DNA of 64,000 nucleotides from the human T2T-CHM13v2.0 reference genome, Homo sapiens, in the NCBI RefSeq assembly GCF_009914755.1, contig NC_060930.1; one strand, written 5' to 3'. Shown piece by piece: positions 52,028 to 64,000 of this stretch. The notes beneath the pieces are model-generated. The model was not told the origin of the DNA and ran no database searches. It saw nothing but the letters and a program-made list of their open reading frames with translations. Within the stretch, counting starts at the first letter, position 1. Each line of letters begins with the position of its first letter. A program made the translations under genes and the position numbers.

Positions 52028-54341
52028 AAAGGGGATAAGGTATAATATTTTAAGGAGAAAACCACAAATGTGGATCTCTTTGTTATCCATATATGAATAT
52101 CTGCCTCTTGTACTGAGATCAGGATATACTTATAGTGAGATCTCTGTAACTTTCTGCTTAATGCAATTTCCTGTATTAGGTGATTGCTGATTTATTTATC
52201 TGAAGTAACTCTTTCCCTGAAAGCCCTAGATTACTAATGTTGTGCTCTTTTATTTTTTAAAATTTTACTGTCAACTTACTGTCTGATTGTTTTTCTAGAT
52301 ATTTATGTATGTTATATGATATATAACTATTTGCAATTAAAGTGTAGAAATAATTTTTATTCACATGGAACATATTTGTCATGGAATATATCTTACTGAG
52401 TTTTAAAAGTAGTTTACCAAATAATACAATAACATGTTTGTTTAAAAATATGTATGCAAAGAAAAATATCTGGCATAAAAAGAATTTACCAAAAAATTAG
52501 TGTGATGATTAATCTGGGTGGTGAGTTTATGGCTTGTTTTTATTTTATTGTATTTGCTCATCTCTATGTTTCAATTTTTCTACAATGAGCATTTCATATC
52601 AATATGGAGTATTCCATACCAACATAACCAAAAATAAAACAAAATCTTCATTCTGATGTTTCTGATGAACACAATTGAGAAGAACAAATGGGATCTATCA
52701 CATAAAAGTCACTCAGGAGCAATAGTGTGTGTCCTCTTGCTGCCTGGATGCCTCTCTAACCCTCTGCCTACCTGGCTGCCCTGAGTATCACAGTATCTTT
52801 GAGGAGATGATGGACTATTGCACCTCAAATCAATCAAATTCTTACCTGGATGAATTTTCTAAAAGATGGGAACAAAAATCTGAACAAAAATGGGAACATT
52901 AATCTTCCCATCCCCACAGGACTCTTCTAGAAGTTTCCAACTCTTATGATAAGCAGTCAAACAAAATAAATAAAATAAAAAGAGAATAAGAAATAACCTT
53001 GTGAAAGCTGTCAACAGTTTTGTGGACGAAGTCTTTCATCTGGGCTCTTCAAGCAAACGTAACTCTAAGCTTTTTAATGATTATTCAGTATCCATGTGGT
53101 ACTATCAGTGACAATGATAGGGATATAAAGTGCTCTCAGCATTACGTTTCTTATAGATAAATCTTGAAAAGTACAAGAAGTACTCATCAGATATTACCTG
53201 TGAGACACTCACACAAGTGAGAGCATAACCCAGGAATATAATCCGCCTGAGACAGCACTTAACTCCAGGTAAGAGATAAATGACATAACCAAGAATGCAT
53301 ATGGTTCTTGAGAAACTTTTATCATTCTCCTTTATTCGCACTTTCTTTTTTCAGAGAAAACAAGATCGCAGACTTCAAGTTTTTTTCTCATAGCTCCTAT
53401 GGAGCACTCTGCAGTCAGCCATTGTGTTTATATTAATGAGAAGGTAGAGGAAGACTCTTGGGTTTATATCACTGTGAGATTATTAATTCCTTTAATATCC
53501 TTGTGATTTGCTGCATTTAGAAAATTGATAAATCATTTATGTTACATTGTTATGAAGCTTTAGGGGTAGTAGGCTAATTATTGGTCACATGCATAGGATA
53601 GCTGATTAACTGACATAAAGCCACGTATCTCAGAATGTAGGTCGTTTCCAAATGTAAGCAAATTATATGATTGTATAATTTTAATATAACAAATATTTTG
53701 ATGACTTTTTATTGATTAGCAAAGAGGAAGTATAAATCCAAAATCATTGAAAATCTTGTCTTAGGTTTCTTTGCAGAAGTTTCTACCCTTCTCATTCTCT
53801 TTTAATTTTTATTAATGTTTTGCTGATGAGCCAGTTGGAAATGGATTTTCAGTAGTGATGCAAGTTACTATTGAGAAGGCCAAAAGCAAGCATGGTCCAT
53901 ATTCTCTTCTTGTTCTTTTCCTCAGCTTACTTGCTTTGTTTTTCTGTTGCTTTCTTTGTATCTGCTTTTCTGTCTTTCTTTGATGGATTTTTGTTCTCCT
54001 CTGACTCTTCGATCCATTTCTTTTTATTTTCTCAAGTGTCCCTCATGTGTACATCTTATTCTCCCTACTGCTTTTTCCCATGATGATTCTCATTCCCCGA
54101 CTTCAACACCTCAAGGTGCTGTTTTCCCATTATCTCCTCCTTGCAGTGCCTAGTATCCCCCACCATCTCTCTTCTTTCTGACCTCCAAGTAATCATTTTG
54201 ACACTTTTATCCCTGTGTGAATTTGAGACTCATTGGGGTTTGTCTCACATTGGCAGCAGAGGAGAGTTTTATTTAGGGCATGGGACATGAGGTGCAGTGA
54301 ATGCCTCTCATCGACTGTTTAGCCGAGATCTGGCCTCTTGC

Positions 54342-54383
54342 GAGAACCAGGAATCAGTCAGAGAGAACCCGGAATCAGTCAGA
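54342..54383. repeat. 21-bp tandem duplication
   Basis: gagaacc(a/c)ggaatcagtcaga x2. Confidence 0.9.
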
Positions 54384-54696
54384 GTTCATGAGAGGGGAGT
54401 TTCGAGTGTAAAGGTCATGGTGATATATGAGGTCTGCTTTGGTAGGTTGGGTGATGCTGAAGGAGTGGACACTGTGCGGATTTGTAGGTCTTGGGCCCTA
54501 TAGATGGGTTTTAATGCTGATGAACAAGACGCTGATTATAACAGGGCAAAGTTATAATCCCTGTCCACTCCATCATTCAATTTATGCTATATATTGTTGT
54601 CAAACTAATTCACCAGATTTGCTGCCTTAATCGCAATCTCTCGTCTCTTGAAACTTCTTCAGAAACTCCAGTTACTGTGCCACGCAACCCTCAACT

Positions 54697-54760
54697 CCTC
54701 AAGCATCTTAGTCAACGCTAAATGAAAGCCTCAAGCATCTTAGTCAACACTAAATGAAAG
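54697..54760. repeat. 32-bp tandem duplication
   Basis: cctcaagcatcttagtcaac(g/a)ctaaatgaaag x2. Confidence 0.92.
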
Positions 54761-55639
54761 CCCTGACCTCTCTCTGTGCCCCCATTTCAACTTTTCTTCC
54801 TTCTCCCACTCCCACTCTTTGCATATATTTATTTAACATTTTCTCCCAGACTCTCCTTATTTTTAGAGAGACTCAGTCCAGCTTTTCCAGCAGGATGTAC
54901 CTCATTTGTACAGCCCCACTCATTATCCCCAGGTTTTCAATGTCCTTGTTAAAGCTTAGCTTCAAGCTTATGTTTTTCTTACACATTTTAATCCCATTTT
55001 TTCTCTTTAGTATATAAGCTGTGTGCATAAACTCTACACCGATTTTGCCTATGTCTAATAAACATTACCTTTTAAGGAGGACATAACTTCACTTTAAAAT
55101 TTTTTTATGATTGAAACAATTGTAGTACTTCTGTGTGTAAATAACAGTACTACAGAAGACAATGATCTTAAAAGAATTTTATAATATCACGTTTAATTTT
55201 TAAGGAATTAATATTCTTCCTACTCATGCTCCTTTTTCATAAAAAGTGTTGGGAATAATCACATTATTCTTTGGCTAGGCTTACATCCAAAGTCTTATTT
55301 TCCAGTCCTACTTTTAAATGCCTCAAGGGAGTATCTTCAGGAGTGTTCTCTTGGTGGAATGGTACAATAGTCCTTGAGGTTTAGACCACTTGCCTCTCTC
55401 TAGGAGATGTCAGGGGCTCTTTTCATGTGTTTAAATGTCTTTTGTTTTTGTTCTGTACTATAATTTCCTGGCTCAGTTTTTGGACACTCTCTTTAAAGTC
55501 AAAATCAATGGGATATTTCAAGTACCCTAATTAATAGTTTTTAGGAAAAGCTGAGGTTTTGGGCCCTTATTACACACATAAATAGATATGTTTTCTGTAA
55601 CTTCTATGTCCTTCTCATAGAGACTGAACAGCCACTGCT

Positions 55640-56205
55640 AAGTGTGCAGCTACCCATGTGACACTCACTGAAAACTAGCCACAGCTTGAGATCAGCCATC
55701 TACATTTGGCCAACCAGATTCCCTCTCCTAAAATTTGAAATTGGGACGCAGGGATTCTCCCTTGTCAGTATTTGAATTTATAAAGGATGTTAAGCCAGAA
55801 CTGGAAGCGAGCCATTGACTCATGTGTAAATGGATAGATAAATTTGGACAACATGGAAGGAAAACAATAGAGATACAAAGCTAGAAGCAGAGATAAGACC
55901 TTGTGGTGTGATAGGTAGAGACAAGAATAGGCAAAGAGCAAGAGAGGCAAAGAGAGACAGATACACACAGAAATGGGAGAGACATATAGAGACAGACTTA
56001 GGGAGAAGGAGAGAGAGAGGAGAGATGGAGAGAGAGAGAGGAGAAAGAGAGATAGAATAGTTGCCTCAAATCCTAACAACTTCGCAGTTCTTGATTCCAA
56101 AATCCCTTCCCCTACTAAGACAACAGAGGTAGAGCCCCTTCCTTGTGCTGAAGCCAGGTTGAATTGGTTCTATTCCTTGTATCCAAATGATTCTACCATA
56201 AGATA
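55640..56205 (+). mobile_element. Old ERVL LTR (LTR16-like) with GA-rich tract
   Basis: ggccaaccagattccctctcctaaaatttgaaattgg and 3' end tgctgaagccaggttgaattggttctattccttgtatccaaa. Confidence 0.55.
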
Positions 56206-56412
56206 AAGCCTACCCCTAATCTATGCATGTCTAACTCAGAATAGCTTGCATCATAACTGTTCCATGTTCCTACTGTCAATTATGGTTTCATAGGTTCTGT
56301 TTCTGCAGTTAACAAGTTGTCAAAGTTGGCAGTCAGTATCATATTAAATCAGCAATGAAGACTTTTTTGTTAAATGATATTGAAACATTGTCATCAATTT
56401 TTGTAACTTGTT

Positions 56413-56731
<319 letters not shown>

Positions 56732-57933
56732 TTATTAAATGTATTGGTTAATCAAAATAATTCACCAGTGTGTAAAGAGAATTGTCTAAAAATAAGTAAC
56801 ATTAACAATGACAAAGACCCAAATGGTGGTCCATCAGGTTCCAAAGCATCTATGTTGGTGTGTTTTTCATTAAACTAACCTTACTAATTTGCTTTAAACC
56901 TAAGCAAATAAGCAAATTAAACAAATAATTACTTACATTGTCACACTAATTTAATATTTTAAAATATAATTTCATTGGTTTTGTCATTTTGCTATAATTT
57001 AACTTAAAAAATTGCTTAGGTACTTTCACTGTATAAGAGCTATATATAGAAGGACTTTATACCCATTTTTATGTCAGTACATATATAAGTAATATTAGTA
57101 AAAGAATTTAATATTTGTTTTTCTAATATTTTCCCTCAAAGAAGTTCCATACATTATTCGAATTTGAGAAACATTGAATTAAGAAGTTGTTTTTCTAAAT
57201 GAAAGTTTATTATTTTTAATTCACTATACTTTTTCAATTTTTGGTAATATTCCCAGATTTATCCATGTATACTTAATGTTTTCTTATCTTATGGTAGGCT
57301 TTTTTAAGGGTCAAATAAATTTAGATGAGTTTTATTTTGAGCAGTTATAAATTTTCTGTCTGCATTTTTTTTCTCAGTAGATTTCAATCTCTTCTCCAAA
57401 AAGCAAGAGGTAGTTGGTCAATTTTAGTTCGAACGCTGTATCGGTGAGGCCAAGCTTGTGGTGTGAAGATAGGGAACTACGTCATTTCTCTATGGTTTCT
57501 CACTGCCCACGGCTGCTGGCCAGAACTCCTGTGGATGCTGCACTAAGATTCATAGGAACACTGGATGCAAATAATCCATCTTAGCCTCATGTAATACAAC
57601 TCACGTTGTTAAACCAAAAACATCATTTTTGCCTTTACAGCTGAGTACATCACTGGACTAAACAGAAAATGGATACAAATAGCAAAAGCAGAATGCGAAA
57701 TCATCATACATAATTTAGAAAGAGGCAATACTTACTTTTAAATCCTCCCCAAGCCCCCATATAATTTTTCACTTAAGGTGTAAATTAACTTCTGGGGAAA
57801 AATATCTACAAGCTCTGAAAAAAAGTTTGAGGAGACTCAAAAATAGACCCACTTCCCTGTGGATCCTAGATAAATTTACCTTAACAGTTTGTCCCGGTAC
57901 ACACACACACACACACACACGCACACACACACA

Positions 57934-58392
57934 GAGTTGACCCTTGAGCAACACAGGTTTGAACTGTATGGGTTCACTTATAATGTAGATTTTCTTTTGC
58001 CTCTGCCACCCCTCAACAAAACCAACCTCTCCTCTTCCTCCTCCTTAGCCTATTCAATGTGAAGATAATGAAGATGAAGATCTTTATGATTGATGATCTA
58101 CTTCCGCTTAATGAATAGTAAACATATTTTCTCTTTCTGATTTTCTTTTCTCTAGTTTAAGAATACAGATTAACACTTTAAGATTAATACTTTAAGAATA
58201 CAGATTTAATACATATAACCTACAAAATATGTGTTAATCAATTGTTTATGTTCTCAATAAGACTTCTAGTCAAGAGTATCGATAAGGCTTCTGGTCAGGT
58301 TAGGTGTTTGGGGAGTCAAAAGTTTTATGCAGAGTTTTGACTGCACAGAGGGGTTGCTACCTCTAATTCTCACATTGTTCAAAGATCAACTG
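57934..58392. mobile_element. Tigger2a (MER28)-like TcMar DNA transposon
   Basis: TIRs agttgacccttgagcaacac ... ttgttcaaagatcaactg followed by TA. Internal gcctctgccacccct...gaagatctttatga. Confidence 0.9.
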
Positions 58393-58396
58393 TATA

Positions 58397-58727
58397 TATT
58401 TCAAGGAATTGGCTATGTGATTGTGGGTTGGCAAATCTGAGGGCAGGCCCTCAGGCTGGAAACTCTGGGGCAAGAATTCATGCTGCAGTCTTGAATCAGA
58501 ATTTCTTCTTCTTTAGAAACATCTTAGTTTTGTTCTTAAAGCCTTTCCAGTGATTGAATGAGGCCTACTCACATTATGGAGGATACTCTCCTTTACCTAA
58601 AGTCAATAGATTGTAGATGTTAACCAGATCTACAATAGACCTCCATAGCAACATCTAGATCACTATTTGTTTGAATAACTGGACGCTATAGCCTAGCCAA
58701 GTCGACACACAAAACTAACCATCATAG
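58397..58727 (-). mobile_element. MLT2-type ERV-L LTR (partial)
   Basis: aaggaattggct..gtgattgtgg...tgattgaatgaggcctactcacattatggagg...tatagcctagccaagtcgacacacaaaactaaccatca. Confidence 0.85.
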
Positions 58728-59779
58728 TTCCTAAATCTGATCAGAATCTTCCACATGCCCACAGGTAGTAGCTCAGTTTTCCTCTTATATGCTCTCATAT
58801 TCCCCAAGAAAGGAATTTATATTTGCTTCAACTTCTGTACCCAAACATTCTTCTCATCACTCAGTGGCTCTTAGCCTCCATGCTGTAGTTGTCTTTAGAT
58901 CTCAGGTGCTCTCCTGAAATTCCTGACCCTCTGATAAAGATATTCTTCCAGTGGTGCTGATGACTCCTTGTTCTATGAAATCTCCTTTCCACACAACCTA
59001 TTCTGCACTCTCTTACCTCTGCTAGAACTTTGGCAAGTTATACTTTTTACCTCATGTGGTGACTGTAACCTTTATTCCCATAGAATTTGAACTCTTTCTG
59101 GCTTTTAATTGAGGTCGTGTAGACTCCCATCAAACATAATTATGGATGTAATAAGAGGCACGCCAGTGAATCCAGTGGATTCCCCATATAACCTCCTTGT
59201 CCCTAACCTGTAGCAGCAACACAAGCACCCTTGGCTATAGGAATAGGTCACCCCAATAGTACTAATAGCCACCTTTCTGCCCGTCAATTCAGTGGCATAA
59301 GAGCTCCAAATTAGTAGGAGGTAGATTTAGCTTCCAAAGTAATGGAATTGTGACTTTGTTCTCAGTTAGAAGTATTATTTTCTTAGGAACTCATAATTCC
59401 AAATTTTTGAAACCCAAGGGTAAAGGAACAAGACGCAAATTCTACAGCATAGAGATTTTAGGCTTAAAATTGAGGGGACACTCCCACTTCCACTCTTTGG
59501 TTCCTGGACCTGGTTATGGTTGAAGTGGGGGGACATTATTATATATTGGTCACTTGTTTAAATACCCCAAACCCCTCCTCCTCAGCTTGTGCCAGAGCTG
59601 AGCCTTCAATAGGCCATCTGCTTCCAAATGATGGGACATGTGATAAGACTAATGAATTCCATGAGCATGACTATTGCTGCATTTGTTTCATTACAAAGCG
59701 ACTTTCTTGGTTGAGGGTGATATTTTGTGGTATAATATGTCAGTAGATAAAGCATTCATTTAGTCCCTTAATAAGGACA

Positions 59780-60220
59780 TGTATTAGTTTCCCAGAGACA
59801 CTGTAACAAAGTACTATAAATGGGATGGTTTAAAAGAACAGAAATTTATTCTCACACAGTTCTGGAGGCTAGTAGTCTGAAGTTCAAGTGTTGGTAAGAC
59901 CATGATCTCTCAAGGGTTTAGGAGAGAATCTCTTCCATACTTCTAGCTTCTGATTTCAGTGGCAATCTTTGGAGTTCTTGATTTGCAGCTACAGAACTAA
60001 AATCTCTGCCTCTGATGTCACTTGACACTCACCCCCCATGTCTTCATACCATCTTCTTATAAGGACACCAGTCAAATTGAATTAAGGGCCCACCTTACTC
60101 CAGTATGACTTTAACTAATTATATCTGCAATGACTGTATTTCCAAATAAGGTCACACTCTGAGATATTGAGGATTAGGACTTTAACATATGTTTTGAGAG
60201 ACATAATTCAAACCATGACA
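59780..60220 (-). mobile_element. MLT1B/C-type solo LTR
   Basis: tgtattagtttccc...aacagaaatttattctcacacagttctggagg...taaggacaccagtc...tttccaaataaggtcacac. Confidence 0.9.
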
Positions 60221-60444
60221 GAATGAATGTTAGAAGAAACATTGTGGACTGGGAGGCCAATCCATATCTAGGATTCCTGAGGACAAAATCTCTATTCCCA
60301 GATAGAAGGGATCCAGCAGGGAGCTGGCTGGTACCTTTGGGGAATGGTTCCATAGCAGACTCATCATTGGCCTCCATAATTGACAGACTTAGCACCTAGC
60401 AATTGTGATAGCCAAAGCAGCATTGGGGAGAGAAAAATCTATGT

Positions 60445-60800
60445 TGCTATTATTTAAATGTTTGTGTTACTTCCAAATGCATATCTTGAAACCTAATCCC
60501 CAATGTGAAAGTATTAAGGGGTAGGCCTTTGGGAGATGATGAGGTCAGGAGGGTGGAACTCTCACAAATGAGATTAGTTCCCTTATAAAAGAGGCTTGAG
60601 GGAGCTTGTTTTCTCTTCAACATGTGAGGACACACAAGAAGGCACCACCATCAGGAAAGAGGCTCTCACCAGACACCAAATCTGCTGGCCAATTAATCTT
60701 AAACTACTCAGCCTCCAGAACTGTAAGAAATAAATTTCTGTTGTTTATAAACCACTTGCTTTATGATATTTTGTTATAGCAGCCTAAATGAACTAAGACA
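60445..60800 (+). mobile_element. MLT1A/MSTD-type solo LTR
   Basis: ttgaaacctaatccccaatgtg...ctcaccagacaccaaatctgctgg...gttatagcagcctaaatgaactaagaca. Confidence 0.88.
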
Positions 60801-60978
60801 CTGATGTATAACCTGCAGGTTTACTACCACAGCCACTTAGAATGAGCACAGCATTTGCTGAGCAAGGAGGCTGAATGGCATCTACACTAAGGATCACCTC
60901 TATCAATATTAAGAGACTGTTCTGCAGTAGATGCCCTCTGGTAGGCTTTTATATATGATATGAATATTCTAATATTCC

Positions 60979-61346
60979 TGATACGGTTTGGCTGTGTGTC
61001 CTCACCCAAATCTCCTCTCGAATTGTATTCCCTATAATCCCCACATGTTGAGGGAGGAACCTGGTGGGAGGTGATTGGATGAGGGCAATTTACCCTATGC
61101 TGTTCTTGTAATAGTGAGTGAGTTCTCACAAGATCTGATGGTTTTATAAGTGTTTGACAGTTCCTCCTTCCCACGATCTCTCTCTGGCTGCCATGTAAGA
61201 TGTGCCTACTTCCCCTTCAGCCATGATTGTAAGTTTCCTGAGGCTTCCCCAGCCATGCTGAACTGTGAGTCAATTAAATCTCTTTCCTTTATAAATTACC
61301 CAGTCTTGGGTATTTCTTTATAGAAGTGTGAAAACAGACTAATGCA
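60979..61346 (+). mobile_element. THE1D-like solo LTR
   Basis: tgatacggtttggctgtgtgtcc...aactgtgagtcaattaaa...aaaacagactaatgca. Perfect TSD attcc. Confidence 0.93.
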
Positions 61347-64000
61347 ATTCCATAACCATTTGGAGAAATCTGTCCACATGTCTTGTCCCCAGAACACCTT
61401 GCCACCAATTCTTGCTTTTCCAAGTCACTAATGAAATGGACATCCCATTAGCTTTTCCCTGGAGTCATTGTGGATCCATATAGTAGACCATCTATCCCTC
61501 CACAGGAAGTGGAAAAACAAATATACTGCCTGAAATTCTGTCCACTGGGAATATTTCCATTTCAGACTAAATTTCAGACTGCTACAAGTGGGTCTAGAGT
61601 GTAGCAGCTGTTCATTTCTGGATGGAGTTAACATCTGTCAAACAGGCAATTTTTCCTCCTTGCTAATAGTCATAGGTAACTTCGTAGCCATGGTTTGAGG
61701 AACTGCCTACACAGCAGTAGGAGTAGATACTTTGAAGTCTGATTCTGTTCAGAGGAGTTATTTGAGTTTTCTGGATACCCTTTGTCCCTGTTAGGTATAT
61801 TCCATTCCTATTTAATAATTTGATGCTGCTGCACACATCTACTTTTAGGTTTTCTTTTGATCAGATGATATCCAATTCATGATGAGCAGCTCAGGTCATA
61901 TAGTCTCCTGGTTGCTGTGCTCAGGGGTTATTATTTGGTTGTACCAAGATCCAGTAGCAAATTAGGAACAGCTTTAAAGTGGAAATAGTTGTTTGCAGAA
62001 CAGAGTTTGAATTTACTCCAAAATATTAGGGTCTACATTATGTTTTTCCTATAGAGGCATATTGGGGGCTCCAAAGGGTGCCTCTATTTGTGACAGAATT
62101 CAAATACCATTTAGATATGCTAGCTTATGATGTCTAATTGATGGGACAGCTTTTACCACAACCTGGACCTATTGCTATCCCTCTTTTGCTCTGGGCAACA
62201 TTCAAAACTGGTATCCTTGTGGATTACTCAGGAAATGGATAACAGCAGTGTTCCCAAATGTAGCATATGCTTCCTCTAAAGTCAAAAGACATGTTAAATG
62301 AGGTGCCTCATTCTTTATGGTAGGAAGTTCAAGGTGCAGTTAACTGCATTTCAGAGGGGATATCCCACATGATCTATAACAAAGGATTCCCAGAATCTTT
62401 GAATTTGGCAGAATCCCAAATCTTCATGGTATTTGGGCAGAATTCCAAAGCTCTGTGGGTTTTATTTTCTACACACTAAATCACAAGTGTCTTACTAAGG
62501 CATCTAGGTGTTTGCAACCTCCTGCTTATCAGGTCTAATTAATATAATGTCTTCACTGTAATGGATGAGATGTTTTCTGAGATTTCAATGTAATCAAGAT
62601 TTCTCTGGACTATATTATGATAGAGATCAGGAGAGTTGATATAGTCATGAGATAAGACACTGAAGGTATACTTTTGTTCCTACTATTTAGATAAAGATGA
62701 ATTACTTCTTATTTGTCCCTAATTCAGATAGGGAACAAAACAAAATAAAATGAAATCATTTTCTAGGTCAATAACTCATCTCAGCAGCCAGCAGCTGTGT
62801 TGGTGGTACCGATATTTCAGGGTCATTCTAAAGTATCCATTTGGCTTTTGTATCAGCCAAACTAAAGAGCTAAATGAGGATGGGATAGAAATCAAATCAC
62901 CATTCCTGTTTCTTTCAATCCTTGATAGTAGCACTAGTTTCTGCAATTTTTCCCCCAGGGATATGATATTGCTTTCTGTTTATTATTTGACAGGGAAAAT
63001 TCCAGGGGCTCCAGTGGGCTCTTCTCAACATAATGACATCAATGGCATCAGTCAGGAAACCGATGTGAGGATGTTTCTAGTTGCTAAGTATGATTATTTC
63101 AGGTAGTCAGCCATGAACACAGAAAATAATGACTAGGAAGGGAGGTAGCCCATCAACCACTCTAAGACAGATATAGGCCAAGACTCCATTCATTTATTTT
63201 ATGACTTTGTGCCCATACTAATTAGTGCTAAATTGGGGCAATAACTAATGGCTCCTAGGTAGTATCATTACTTTTCTTTCCTAGTTCACTCTCACCTTGT
63301 TAAATGGCCATGGGTTCTCTCGGGGAAGGCTCGGAGGAAGAATTACAGTGTATCCTTGTGTCTACATTTCAGGGTGATTCCTTAACAGAAGCTAGCCTCC
63401 ATCTCAGAAGGCTCTGGGTTTATGAACGGGGTATGAGGTCATGAACTCCTACTATAGCACTTTGATTTGATGTATTGCCTACTAGAAGAAGAAATGGTCT
63501 GATAACATAGACCAAGTAGTATTTTAGAAGGCTGACAATCTGTTTCATTTGTAAGGTCCTCCTAAAAATGTTAGCCACAATAAAAAAATCCATGTGGGTC
63601 AAAACACTTGTATTACCATTCTGTCCTTGTGGTTTGTTGGGGGTAATTGTTCCAGTCTCATGCCCAAAACTGAGCACTGCCACCTGGCCTCTAACACTTC
63701 AAGACCCCATAATTCTCATTAAGATTAGAGAGCCCAAATTTTCGCAGCATCTCTGGTCTACAGAAAGTAGTCATCACAGAACTCTTAGGAGATGTGATTG
63801 CTTAATACCAAAGTATTCTTATTGCTTTGGAGAAGGAAGTATTCTTCAACCTTTTTGTAGCTATAGTGATGGTGTGTTGGAATAAGTTACATAGAATGGA
63901 TTCACTCCAGAATGTTCACCTCCCTATGCCTTTGGATGTTCCTCTTTGTGCCAGAGTAGTCCCAGCATCTCAACCTCATTATTGTAGGTCACCACTGAGC

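Larger units (their letters stand above)
58900..64000 (-). mobile_element. Decayed ERV-L internal region (gag-pol-dUTPase) with nested MaLR LTRs
   Basis: Minus-strand relics in ERV-L order: RT (YTFSVLSHDYINSPDLYHNIV...HYSEDIILI, ~62520-62670), RNase H (SQWTEFQAVYL, ~61520-61570), integrase (AHGIH.SYH, ~59640-59680), dUTPase (TIPLLWKLNLPP, ~59310-59355). Confidence 0.88.

Noticed and set aside
54342-54760. Short direct repeats as a CRISPR-like array
   Set aside because: Only two adjacent copies each, no spacers, eukaryotic context.
62750-63106. 118-aa plus-strand ORF
   Set aside because: Antisense to decayed ERV-L pol, with no independent support.

Overview
AT-rich, CpG-depleted genomic DNA from a simian primate, probably human or another catarrhine, judged by AluS/AluY, L1PA5, LTR12 and THE1/MST elements. 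It looks intronic or intergenic. No recognisable protein-coding gene, CpG island, RNA gene or CRISPR array was found. The ORF track is almost entirely chance ORFs or repeat-derived ORFs (Alu, L1 ORF2, LTR12, ERV-L pol). Roughly half the window is interspersed repeat: about 10 Alus, young and old L1, L2/MIR, many MaLR LTRs, an internally deleted LTR12 inside an L1PA5 3' UTR, DNA-transposon MITEs, and a decayed ERV-L gag-pol-dUTPase region at 58.7-64 kb. The most interesting items are: (i) possible relics of a decayed minus-strand gene (a Ser/Thr-rich pseudo-exon at 24.4-24.8 kb and well-formed exon-like segments at 7.9 and 57.6 kb); (ii) an LTR12 promoter pointing into an inverted Alu pair; (iii) a tail-less internal L1 fragment carrying a probable retrocopied mRNA 3' end; (iv) a ~70-bp micro-inversion inside an MLT1A LTR; (v) a local ~70-bp sequence capture and a 20-bp AP-1 hairpin inside a hAT element. 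I found no convincing new biological system. Repeat subfamily calls come from memory of consensus sequences and were made by eye, so they need confirmation with RepeatMasker/Dfam.
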